DNA of 64,000 nucleotides from Bugula neritina (Eukaryota; Animalia; Bryozoa): NCBI GenBank assembly GCA_964035545.1, contig OZ037766.1, positions 2,480,001 to 2,544,000 of the forward strand, read 5' to 3'. Shown piece by piece: positions 53,101 to 64,000 of this stretch (position 1 is its first letter; each line of letters starts with the position of its first letter). The notes under the pieces were generated by a model. It saw only the letters and a program-made list of their open reading frames with translations, ran no database searches and was not told where the DNA came from. The position numbers and the translations under genes were made by a program.

Positions 53101-56100
53101 CAGAAGCATTTATTTCAGACCCATCTCTGATGTCACTGAGGCCTTACTGTACCTGTTGCATGCAGAAGTGCTGTACATCCAAACCTTGCCAATTTCAGTT
53201 TTATTGGTGATGCCAATAATTTTCCCTTGTTGTGACCAAATCTCACGAAGGTCACCTCAATGGTCATGTCTGACCAGATGCTGTCGAGCTGGCCGAGTTT
53301 ATGATGCATTGTGAAGTTACCAGCTTTGAATTCAATCCTTACATCTTGTGGCATGACCTCCATGCTAAGCAGACAGTACATTTCCTCTTCCATTGCTAGA
53401 TGTAAGGCCCAGTCTTCTTCTCTATCAGCTATGATGTGGGTGTTGATGGTAAAAATTGGTCTGATAAAGCACATGACCCGCAGTTTTGCTGTTCTTGAGC
53501 TTTCTGAAATCTTAGTCAACATCTTTTCAAGGCTAGTGATTACACTTTCATCAAAGACTGGCTCCAACAGCTCTCCCACCAATATTCTCAGGCCCCGTGC
53601 ATTCTGGGAAAACTTTTTCTATTTAGCATTTTTGGGGAAACCACCAAAAGTAGAATTAACTACTTTTACCAAATTCGTTTCAACCATTAGTGTTCCAGTG
53701 CACCCAACATAGGTCATTAAAGGGGAGAAATTAATAGTAAGCGTTTATAAAACGGGATTAGTATGAAAATAGTAAGGAGCCACTGTTCTCATGGATGTAT
53801 TACTTCCTCCAGCATGAAATAGATTCTCATTTATACAACAACTGTTTACAAATGTTTTTTAGAGAAAAAGTCAAATGTGCTGATTGTAGAAGTAGTTTTT
53901 GTAAGCCAAAATGTCAATATTTAGATAAATGATGTGTCAATAATGAAACAATTAAATTATGTTAAGAAGTCATGGTGTTGTATTATCAAAGTTGTTGACC
54001 CTTTTTTCTAATTTTTAAAAGTTTAGCTAAAATTTTAAAACTGAAAATAACTATTAAATTGGCAGCTCAACAAACCTTTTTAATGTACGCATGCTAGTTT
54101 AAAATAAATTGCTATTTAGCTCATATGACAATGACGTTGCATTTCAATTTTGCAGAACCCCTTTCAGCTTTATTTGTTGGACATATTTGTGATCAGCATA
54201 TAAATCACCCCACATAGTAAGTTTTCATGAATTTAGAACAAACTGATGCAGAGATGCAAGGAAATTATGAACATGGCATGGCTAGGTTAAACTTAAAAAA
54301 TGAATGATTAAGGCTTAGCTTAGCTACCCTTGGGTATCATTTGCCTATTACTCAATAATACGCATGACAAATGCACATGCATCTTTATTATATTAATTTC
54401 TAAAGATTTCAAAACATTGGAACCTTAAATTTAGCTTTGGTGGGTACATACATTTGAATTATAAAAAATCGTCTGGTGCCTGGCGGCCATCTTGAATTTC
54501 TCAAAATGCTCAAGGGTAAGAAATTCACACCCACCTGGAAACATTTACCTAGACCCTATATTTGAATAATCAGAAGAGAAAAAAACTTTATCCGGGACTG
54601 CGAACCTAAGTCAAAAATTGGTGTTTTTCTGCCAGACTAAAACATGATGGTTGTCCATTTTCTCACCTATTCTCACCTATTCTCCACTTTGTCCTGTTCG
54701 GGTAGCGGGATGATTGATGTCCATAGTTTGCAATAAAAACTTCTCAATGAATTCAACATTTTTATTGGACAACATCACTTCTCCTATATTTTGTAATAAC
54801 GTAGATTGCTACAGCATTTTTATTAAAGCATTATACATTAGTTTCAGAGCTACAATGGCACTCACAGCATCAGCTAGGTTACAGTTAAGTTATACATTCA
54901 GGTAATAGTTAAGGTACAGGTAGGTGAGAGTTAAGGTACAGGTAAGTGAGAGTTAGCTTAGAGCTAGCATTCAGTAGAACTGTTCCTGTATATTCCTATA
55001 GAGATGTACGTCTGATGCTTCTGGAAAACAAGTCCTGGACGAAAGTTCACAAGAGAGCATTCCTTGCTAACCTGAGAAAAGTTGACTTGATGAACTTTGT
55101 GTCGGAGTTCAAGCGTATGAGTCATATTGAGGGATATGTCCATGGAAACTACACGCTAGAGGTCTGTGTCCGCTTTCTCAGTCATATTTTATTCATTATG
55201 TAGTCACGTAAAACCTTGATGACAAATAGGAAAATTTTTTAGTAAATGTACATTCGTTTATTGAGAAAAATTTAAAAGTTTCGTGAAACTTGAAGTTGCT
55301 TTGGCACTTTTTAATGTCATTAGAGAGCTTATCAATCTACTTGATGTAAACAAAATAGCCATACCTGTTATTCATGTATCGGTACCCTATTTTATAGGTA
55401 CGATTAGAAATTCTCAATTTTTTCTCGTAAAATACTGAAGATTAGAAGTAATTGTATCTAGCTATAGTTTTGGATATAAATAATAGAAAGAGTAGATAAT
55501 ATTTGTCAGTGTTACATGTTTACAATTCAATTTACAGGAAGCTCTGAATATGGAGTCGTGTGTTAGGAGTAGATTACGTAACGATGCGCTGCCTCAAGCT
55601 ATGCTGCCTGTGGTAAGACTCTTCTTATGTCACTGTCTGCTGTCTCAACCCTCCTCCCCTTTTCCAATACACCTGTTACTCAGTTTATAATTAGGAATTG
55701 TGCTCCCTTAGCAGGGCCAATCTTCAACCTTCTTACAATGCAATAAAAATCCTAGAGTTTAACTACTATATAAAGTCCCAACTGTGCTATAGAATTGTTT
55801 TAGGTAATTACACAAATATCGTATTATATAACATTTAAATATACCATACTATGTGATATTATCCACATATATTGTATCATTTAATATTATACACATGTTA
55901 TGTGATATTATAGCTATATGTAATATTATACTCATGTTATACAGTATTATATAATATTATACACATGATATACCGTATTATATTATGCACATGTTATACC
56001 GTACGACATAATATTTGTAGGAAAGAGTAACTCAACTCCCCATAGATGACTCAACTGTCAGAGTGAAGAGTTTTCACGAAGGCGACACAAACTCGACTGT

Positions 56101-59025
56101 CATGAACTACTTCCAAGTTGGACCAGCGAATATCTCCAAGTTTGTCACTCTCGAGTTACTGAATGTAAGAGTTACTCACACATTATATTGTGGTTAAGTT
56201 TTAGTCTGGACATGGTTGAGTGTCAGAACACTCTTTGTATTCCTCGAGATTAGTTTTATTCAACCTTTATTAATAATAGCTGAGTATATTTACTAGTTGT
56301 GTTTTCTTTAGTCTGAATTTCACTTGTTTGCAGGCAATAATGGAAGAGCCATGCTTTGATATCCTTCGTACAAAAGAGCAGCTGGGATATTCTGTCTTCT
56401 CGGACATGAAGAACACAAGCGGAATCATAGGACTGGCCGTTACAGTGTCTACTCAGGCATCCAAGTTCAGGTAGGTTCACCTGTAGGCAGCGTTTAGAGT
56501 TCACCTAGTTAGGCAGCATTTAGAGTTCACCTAGTTAGGCAGCGTTTAGAGTTCATCTAGTTAGGCAGCGTTTAGAGTTCACCTGGAGGCAGCGTTTAGA
56601 GTTCACCTAGTTAGGCAGCGTTTAGAGTTCACCTGGAGGCAGCGTTTTATAATGTCAATGTTTAGAGTGCTGTGGGCACTTGTGTAATGCTACAGTCACT
56701 CTGAGCTAATGCTGTGATACTAGAAACTAGATTGTGCACTACAGGATAATTCTTCGTGTATACTTATATCTGTACGACTAATTATCAACATTAGAGTTGT
56801 CTCTCCAGTTTGTGAAATCTCCTTTTAGACTATTAGATGTTTTAATTGTCTTTGTGCTAAAGTTCAGCACATTTAAGAGAAATAATGTGAAAGTTGAAAA
56901 AATTCATTGCTACTCACGCATGAGTAGAGCTAACGGGTGGGTTGTAGGGCACCCGCAATAAATTAATTTGGCGGATTTATGTTTATATTGGTTATCTGAG
57001 ACTCAGTTTGCTGTGCAGCACCGCAGTAATTAGATTCTATTGGCCAGTAAGCAGTGTTTAGTATCTGACCTTCACCTTGTACATTGCCATTTAAAGTTGT
57101 AATCTTTTAGCTAATACTACATTTTAGACAAGAAAGAATGTTATAATGATTTTTACAGGCAAAATAGACTGTGTGCTAGCAGAAGGCCTGTAACTTGGTT
57201 ATAGTGCTAGAGAGAGACCACAACTCTTGGAAATAGAGAATAATCATGTATGCGGTTATATTATTCAGTGTAAAGTTGGTGGACGAGAAGATCGAGGAGT
57301 TCTTGCTGGAGATGGCAGACCGTCTGGATGACATGGCAGCGAAAGAGTTTAACACTCACAGGAACTCGCTCATCGCTGTCAAACGCTGCGATGACTCGAG
57401 TCTGCAGGAGGCAGCAGACCGTCTGTTCACTGAAATCAGAGACAAGACGTACCTGTTTGATAGACTCGACAAGGAGGTATGAACTTGTACTATGATGTAG
57501 TTATATGTATTATTCTAGTAGGTGTACTGTGACGTAGTTATATACATTATTCTAGTAGGTGTACTATACTTGTGTTACATTCAGAGATATGTTTGTCTGT
57601 GGGTTGAATGGTGACGTTAAAAGCCAACTTCTGTTAAGTATGGTAGGTTTTTGGTAGGTGACAGGTTGTTGAATTTTACTGACCGATAAATCGTGATGTA
57701 CAAATTTGGGTTGTTGAAGTTACTGGTGTGAGAGCATAACTCTAAAGACTGTATTGTGGAAATTGTTGTGATTGAAGTACCACCAATGTTGTCAATGATC
57801 TAAAGTTTAAAATTTTGATGCTAAACTTAGGTTTAGTTGTTTACTTGGCCATGCTTTACTCTGCTGCACTACTCAACACTGCCAAGACAAGATGAAGTAT
57901 ATGTTTCAGGTAGAGGAGCTGGAGAAGCTGGACTTGGAGGAAGTGGTTTCGCTCTTCCACAGCACTCTGGGTACTAGCGAGGCTAATCTACGCAAAAAGT
58001 TGTCTGTTCAGGTAACTTATTCCCCTCCCCACTAGTTTAGAGTAAGTTATTCTCTTTCCCACTAGTGAGAGTAAGTTATTCCCCTCCCCACTAGTGAGGG
58101 TAAGTTATTCCTCTCCCCACTAGTGAGGGTAAGTTATTCTCTTTCCCACTAGTGAGAGTAAGTTATTCCCCTCCCCACTAGTGAGGGTAAGTTATTCCTC
58201 TCCCCACTAGTGAGAGTAAGTTATTCCCCTCCCCACTAGTGAGAGTAAGTTATTCCCCTCCCCGCAGAAAACGTGGTTTTGTTGTGAAATGAATAAACAT
58301 TTTCTGCAAAGGTTTTCTGCTGAGTTAGAAATACTGTAATTTATTATAGGAAGCCAATTATTTTTGTAGAACTGAAATTTAATATTATTTCCAATAATTA
58401 GCGACTATCAGCTATGCCATAGTTTCAGTTACCCTTCTATTTGAACTCTTTGACCCAATAAATATTACTTTTACTATCATCTCTCACTTGCACGTTCTTC
58501 TATAGTCTGAAATCTGTATGCTGTAGGTTGTGGGGTTTGGTGAGAAAGAGACGGGCGTACCTGTAAAGGCTGAGACTTTCTCTACATTCTCTCAGTCTAC
58601 TCCAGTTGATCTGTAAGTATGATACTGTTGTGTTACAGATTTATATCCTCACACTCAATACACGTTTATTAGGCAAGTAGAGCAAATAAAGTATCTTACA
58701 CACTATTCAAGATGCCATAACTCCAAACTCTTAGTGCAGAGTATCCTGTTGGTGTGTCTACAGGTCCCTCTGCCAAGGCCTGGCCACTGACTGTACCGTC
58801 AAGTCCAGCCCTAGTAGTGAGAGCAGTAACTCCTCCGACACCCCCGTCACAGCGCCTCTAGCCGCCACTGCCCCCTTAGCCGCCACTGAAGACACTGAGC
58901 TCTACGACTTCAAGCATCTGGAGATTGAGCCCGCTGTCGATGGCTGCCGCTCTTTCCTAACAGTTGATGACTTGCACAAGTTCAAGTGTGGTTTATCTCT
59001 CCACCCAGTTAGTAAAGTATTATAG
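41124..59025 (+). CDS. NRDC: Nardilysin (M16A metalloendopeptidase), roughly 25-30 exons
   Basis: QSPNDKRKY, LDNGLRVLLISD, acidic insert, [40 protein letters not shown]..TDCER (HxxEH), DREINAVDSE, GHEGSGS, EEPCFDILRTKEQLGY, YLFDR, RKKLSVQV. Confidence 0.93.
45950..46115 (+). repeat. Tandem ~51-54 bp duplications of a nardilysin acceptor site plus exon start
   Basis: cag|atcttgggcattgactgtagt begins at 45990, 46044 and 46095; a degenerate copy lies at ~45950. Confidence 0.9.
46340..46470 (+). repeat. 26-bp tandem repeat containing CAG|GTAATAAA (acceptor/exon start) x5
   Basis: GT at 46355, 46381, 46407, 46433 and 46459. Confidence 0.9.
50015..50120. repeat. 21-bp tandem repeat (tgttgtctccacctgtaactt-like) x5
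   Basis: Direct reading, just after the donor at 49994. Confidence 0.9.
50506..54639 (-). mobile_element. Decayed Academ-like DNA transposon (long imperfect TIRs TAGTCTGGCAGAA...TTCTGCCAGACTA, AAA target duplication) in nardilysin intron
   Basis: ~150-bp inverted termini (50506-50655 vs 54481-54639) with AAA on both sides. Minus-strand pseudo-ORF fragments: WALHLA..FTMHHK..WSDMTIE, DTEVIY..HKL..PPS.F, an XPG/H2TH-like HGLSSKCDTVA..IGK and a Cys-rich C-terminus CSCG..C..C..CTEFCPC, matching the transposase+XPG+Cys8 layout described for Academ. Confidence 0.75.
52095..52400 (-). mobile_element. 3' fragment of RTE-clade non-LTR retrotransposon nested in the DNA transposon
   Basis: RRPFQWYGDVHRR..RKRGRPKKRLMDTVKDDI..DVNNR resembles the RTE ORF C-terminus (RLRWFGHV.R..RGRPK.RW.D). 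Confidence 0.7.
56475..56647. repeat. 23-26 bp tandem repeat (gttcacctagttaggcagcgtttaga) x~7
   Basis: Direct reading, immediately after the donor at 56471. Confidence 0.9.
58012..58263 (+). repeat. 29-bp tandem repeat beginning at the donor site (gtaagttattcccctccccactagtgaga) x~9
   Basis: GT at 58012, 58042, 58071, 58100 ... 58245. Confidence 0.92.
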
Positions 59026-61700
59026 TCTGGCCAGGTTCTCGGTCTATGGTTTCGTCTAGTCAATGTCTGGAAAATGTGTCATCAAATATCTATTCTATTT
59101 TATGGCTTTGTTGTCATTTTATTGATGGAGTTATTTTTAATGCACGAAAAATTTTGTGTTCAGCTGTTTACTAATAAAAGCCCTACAAGTTCATGCAATA
59201 TGACTAGTTTATTGTCAGTTTGTTATATGCAACTAAGTTGGCAGCATTTTTATTTATCAGTTGGCTTTAATTAGCTGAAACTTGTTATTGTGTATCAGGT
59301 AATATTCTTGACAGGTTTTATCTTACCTCACTTAACTGAATCATTTTAAAAAAGTTGTGATAAGATAACTCTCGGGTTGCATCTATTTACTGTATAATTA
59401 TGCCGAATTGTGGGCCATTTTTGAATTGTTATACTTCTGTTACTCCTGATCTCTTGGTGTAAGAAACCAGAATCTCGAAGCTCCGTTGTAAAGGTCCTGC
59501 TACTAGTTGGGGTAGTCGTAGAACAATTGTGTTCAACAAATGCATCATAAAATGAGAGTTGTCCTTCCTCAGAGCTGACTGCAGCCTAGAAATGTGAAGT
59601 CCCTGTTCAGCATTGCTAACATGATTCATTACACTACATATGAGATTTAGATCTATGCTTGTTTGAACATCTCAGAGCTACATCTTGATGTAAGCTCAAG
59701 GTGCTTTCTAAAAGCATTTCCTGATTTGCTAGGGGTTGTGTTCTCATTCCTTTGAAGCTACATGTACTTATCTTTGAATTAAACGTTATTCAGCAATGTA
59801 ATAATACCTTTATAAGTATTATTATTAAAAGCAACAAATAGAGCATTTACATAAGTTTATATTCAATTATATATTCAATATAGGAGATAAGAAAGTTTTT
59901 TATTTACAGCATTTCATGTGTATTGACATATCATATATTATAGGTATGAGGTATAGGGATTTGTTATAGAGTAGTAATATCAAACTTGGTGCTTCTAAAG
60001 TCTCAGGCATTGTGGATATTATCTACTTGTAAATTGATAACAATTCCAAACAAATTCTTGCAACCAACTAAATATTTTTAAAAGCTTCAAATCGTAATTT
60101 CGTAGCAGTTGTTTCACAGAGCATTAATTTCTTAAGTGAATCTATAATATTTGTCATTTCTTTTTTAGATTTGTTAGTGTGTACTTGTAATTTTATTGAA
60201 ATAAAAAACTGACTCTATTTAATTCCACATGATCACACCTTCCTGTATATCACACTAGTTATTAACTATAGACAGCATTAACTGATGACTCTTCTATACC
60301 GACAGCATGGCTGAACACTAACATCTCCTTCTGCTTTCAGAAAGCATTTCCATTTGCCATCTCCGCTAAAATCATAACAACAGTTTGTTGTAAGGAATCG
60401 TGAGCACAATGTCCTGCAAAAATTATTATTTTACTACTGGCTAAAATACTAAATATTACTGTTGAATTTCTGTTCTAAAAACTAGTTAATATAGTGTTGG
60501 TTACAGAAGCTGTGGTAAAGGCTAATCACTAGGAGATATTTTTATTACTGAGCAGTTATTGCACTGTTACTATGAGTTTGCTAGTGGTACTCACCCAATC
60601 ACCCAATCCAATGTGAAGATGTTAGATTCACACTCATACCATGATGTTAGTATTGGCCACAAACTGCTTTTCTTCAATCTTGAACTGCTTTACAACTGAA
60701 ATAAATCTGTTTGAAACCAAATTTAAGTTCTATTTTATGCAATTTGCAAAATAATATTTCAGAATTGCACTTGAATTAAAAACCAATACAGTCATATGCC
60801 TGACCTATTTCTGAAAAGCCCACTCATACTTTGGTAGGATTAGTTTCCACCTGACATGCTTTATTCAACTCAACAATATCAACTCATCAGCATTTGCTTT
60901 ACCCAAAGCTATAGTATGTTGTCATTTGATTCTAATTTTAAACTACCTACTTGGGTGCGATTTCACTGGTCAGTGATCAAAGATTAAAGAAAATTAAATA
61001 CCCAAATTATTAAATGATTTTTGAGTGAAAACGTAAAAATATTTCCGATATTCTGAAATAGATTGTTGTTTGCAAATCTAAAGAGAAGAACTGGACAATG
61101 TATTCACACGCTATGACATTCTATGTAAATTCCCTGAAGATTTTAGAGATAAATTAAAAATTCTCGTTATGCAATTGTTTGTGCGAATATTTTTTTCACA
61201 TGAAAAGCCTATCAACACTAAAGCTTGGTGCATATATTTCAGCAATGATGGCATGTAGAGTTTAGCTCATAGGTACTAGTTAATGTGACGTGTTGTATAA
61301 AGGTGTACAGGAAAAGTGTTCAGTCTAAATGAGCATCATTCTGTCCAATCATCAACACAAATATGAATAGCTCAGTGCACATTTTGTTAGATGACAGCAG
61401 TTTAGTTGTATTTGCAGAGGGAATTATCATAGGACATTACATTCCATAACTTTAACTCATAGACATCTTCCAACACCCAATTATAAATATGCAGAATGAT
61501 AACTCCTATTAAAATAGTTTTTTTATGCTAGCTGCCTCATTTAAAGCAGTATCAGATGAGTAGAAAATATAAATAAAAACATTCTCATAATGTATGCAAC
61601 AAGTTACTGCACACATCACGGCTTTTGCATTCTTGAATAATTCTGAAGTGGCAGCAACAGCAGTATATGAGGTGAGTGTGCATAACAAGCATTGCGACTG

Positions 61701-63488
61701 TTAGATGGCACTCTTAGCAGGGAGTAAAGGGCTCGCCATGGCATAGGATATCGTACCTCGAAGAAGTAGTCCCAGCGTCACACCTACAGTCACTAACACA
61801 AAGAGAAACAGCAGCAGTCTGTCTACCACCAGAGCAACTTGCTGCCACTCTCTTTTAATAAACTCTTTGTGCTCAGAGGCTACAATCCTTTGCTCCCCTT
61901 TTTTCATTGTCTCATTCATAGTTCTTAGTACTATGGTAAAGTTCCTCTCAAACTCCTCCAGCTTACGGATCCTTTGCTGTACTTGAGGATCAGCAGTCTG
62001 CCTGAGTATCCAAGGATCATTTGCTTCAGTTGGGGAGGGTAGAGGGGAGCTCCCTAGTTTCTTTCTATGTTGTGGAGAAGATTTACTATTGAACTTAGTT
62101 GTTCTCACTGGTGATGAGCATAAGGATTTCTACAAGATATAGCAGTAAATGTATAGAGCAACCTGATTGGTTAATTGAAGTTACATATTTTGTTACATCT
62201 GTGGTCTTCTTACACAAAGACTTGTTAGCCATTTGCCTCATTGGATGATTTCTTATAAAACTGATACTATATCTTATAGAAAAATCTAACTGCAACATGC
62301 AATATAAAAAGTGAAATTTGTTCCTAAGAAGAATTGGTCTATACCATAACAACAAAGCAAAAATGTCACAACATTTGATAGAAAGCAAATTTCTTTGACC
62401 TAGATTTCTTTTATGAAATTTTTTAACTCAGACCTTAGAGTACACTTATATTTTACTATTTAAGATCTGAACATACCACATCTCTGCATTCTGGAGTCTT
62501 GATATAACTTCTACCACCTGAAGAACCTTTCGATGAGCTCAGCAATCTCTCCTCTATATCATATTTGACATCAACACCTTGATTAGGGGGTTTATGTTTG
62601 TGAGAAATGAGTTTATGCTTATCCCAGTCCCACCCTTTTTCAGTATCCTTACTCACTGCACCCTAGAAGTGTGAACCAAAGAAGTTTTAATTAATGCATG
62701 CAGTGATGGTACTTAAGCTATATTTTTTAAACAACCAGCTTTCATAAAATATGTTTAATATTTTGCTATGATTTTATCACTTTTATAAATATTATTCTGA
62801 ATTAGTCATACATTTACTCAATTGTTTGTTCAAATAAATTACATAATACTGCATGTAGTAAATGAAGAGACAAATTTCATAGTTAATAGTTTTACTAATT
62901 AACATGTTAGATGCTGAAAACTATGTTTTGGCTTAGCTTGGGTTATCAAATTTCGGCTCATTTTTATTTGGCTGCTTTATGCCACATACAAGCAATATCT
63001 CAGGTTAAAAACAACCTGCAATCCTACACTTGGCTCTAAATGAAACTCTCAAAAAGCAATTGTTTTTTCCATCAATTTATTTTAAATTTCTGGTTCAATT
63101 CCTTAAACACATGCATATACTGCACATAGTTCAAAATTGAGCATACCAAACTAATGAAGCAAAACTGGTTGAAAACAAAAAAACCGTCACCTGTTCGTAA
63201 GCCTGTTTACTAGGAACTGAGTTTTGGTTTGTTAGTTTTAGTGTCACTCACATCTGCCTGATCTCTACTCTAAGAGACATACCTCGTTATAATACAGAGT
63301 AGACTCTGTAACTGGTGGAGGTAGTTGCAACTTCAGACACAGGGCTGGGGCCAAGACTCTAAAACAGATGAACCTGATCCAGCGTGGTATAGACTTGCCC
63401 TGCAGTCCTTTATGGTGGATGTTGAGTGTACAGACAGTCAGCCCTGTGGCCAGAGATACTATTCCCATTGTTATGAAGTAGTAGACTC
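61701..63488 (-). CDS. Nicotinic acetylcholine receptor (Cys-loop) subunit, 3' part: M3, cytoplasmic loop, M4. Exons 63283-63488, 62477-62662, 61701-62129
   Basis: M3 GVYYFITMGIVSLATGLTVCTLNIHHKG, post-M3 IPRWIRFICFRVLAPAL, M4 EWQQVALVVDRLLLFLFVLVTVGVTLGLL. Exon phases are consistent; upstream exons lie beyond the window. Confidence 0.9.
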
Positions 63489-64000
63489 CTGAAAAACACA
63501 GTAGTGATTGAGTCGCTTAAAATACATAAATATTTATAAAAATCAAAAACTAACTTACTTATAAGGATTTTAGTAGATTTATCCACCTATTTTCCTCGAT
63601 TTAAATTTATACAAACATGAGTTAGAGGCTTAAGAGTTCAAAGTTCATGAGTATTTTACTTCTTAGTTTTTTCATAGAACACATGTTTTAAAAAAGTTCT
63701 CATCCACACCTGATTAATAATCATGTCATAAAAAGTAGACAATTGTTATAGATATTATTATTTTTTAAATTAGTACATATGTATGTTTTTATGATCCCAT
63801 TGCTGTACCTGGTACCTTAGAGTTTTACAACAAAAATTTCTAACAAGGTTCATACAGGAGGAAGTATATAAGATGGGTTGCAGCCTTGTGTGAAATTATA
63901 GAAAACAAACAGTTTATTCTGATTTCAGTGGAATGCAATATCGAAGGGAACAGCTGAATATTTTATATCATTTTCTATTAGGAGTGAAAAACTAACAAAA

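Noticed and set aside
58012-58263. CRISPR-like 29-bp repeats (also 56475-56647 and 50015-50120)
   Set aside because: Head-to-tail units with no unique spacers, no cas genes, and a eukaryotic intron context.
62095-62388. Possible extra nAChR loop exon
   Set aside because: Phase 0 to 1 with only ~33 nt to the next acceptor; exons 62477-62662 and 61701-62129 already join in phase 0.

Overview
AT-rich, intron-rich animal (probably invertebrate) genomic DNA; the taxon cannot be fixed from sequence alone. The first 23 kb is a mirror-image (inverted) duplication: the 3' half of a divergent NAT10 paralog (+, 148-5255), a near-intronless ~272 aa gene X1 (-, 6608-7426), its paralog X2 (+, ~9250/9599-10396), and a full-length NAT10/Kre33 RNA cytidine acetyltransferase (-, 12487-22940). 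X1/X2 resemble the helical N-terminal domain of Cry/delta-endotoxin-like proteins (pattern recognition, not a database result). Downstream are an ARL9/ARL10-like GTPase (+), an uncharacterised 308 aa six-exon gene (+), TECR (-), nardilysin (+, head-to-head with TECR) and the 3' end of a nicotinic acetylcholine receptor subunit (-). Mobile DNA includes a 5'-truncated R4/Dong-type retrotransposon in an (AAT)n tract just upstream of the NAT10 ATG, a truncated LTR element with a tRNA-Leu PBS, a decayed Academ-like DNA transposon with a nested RTE fragment, tRNA-derived SINEs and small palindromic elements. Many nardilysin introns carry minisatellites that duplicate or abut the splice sites. Exon coordinates were derived by eye from GT/AG boundaries and frame continuity.
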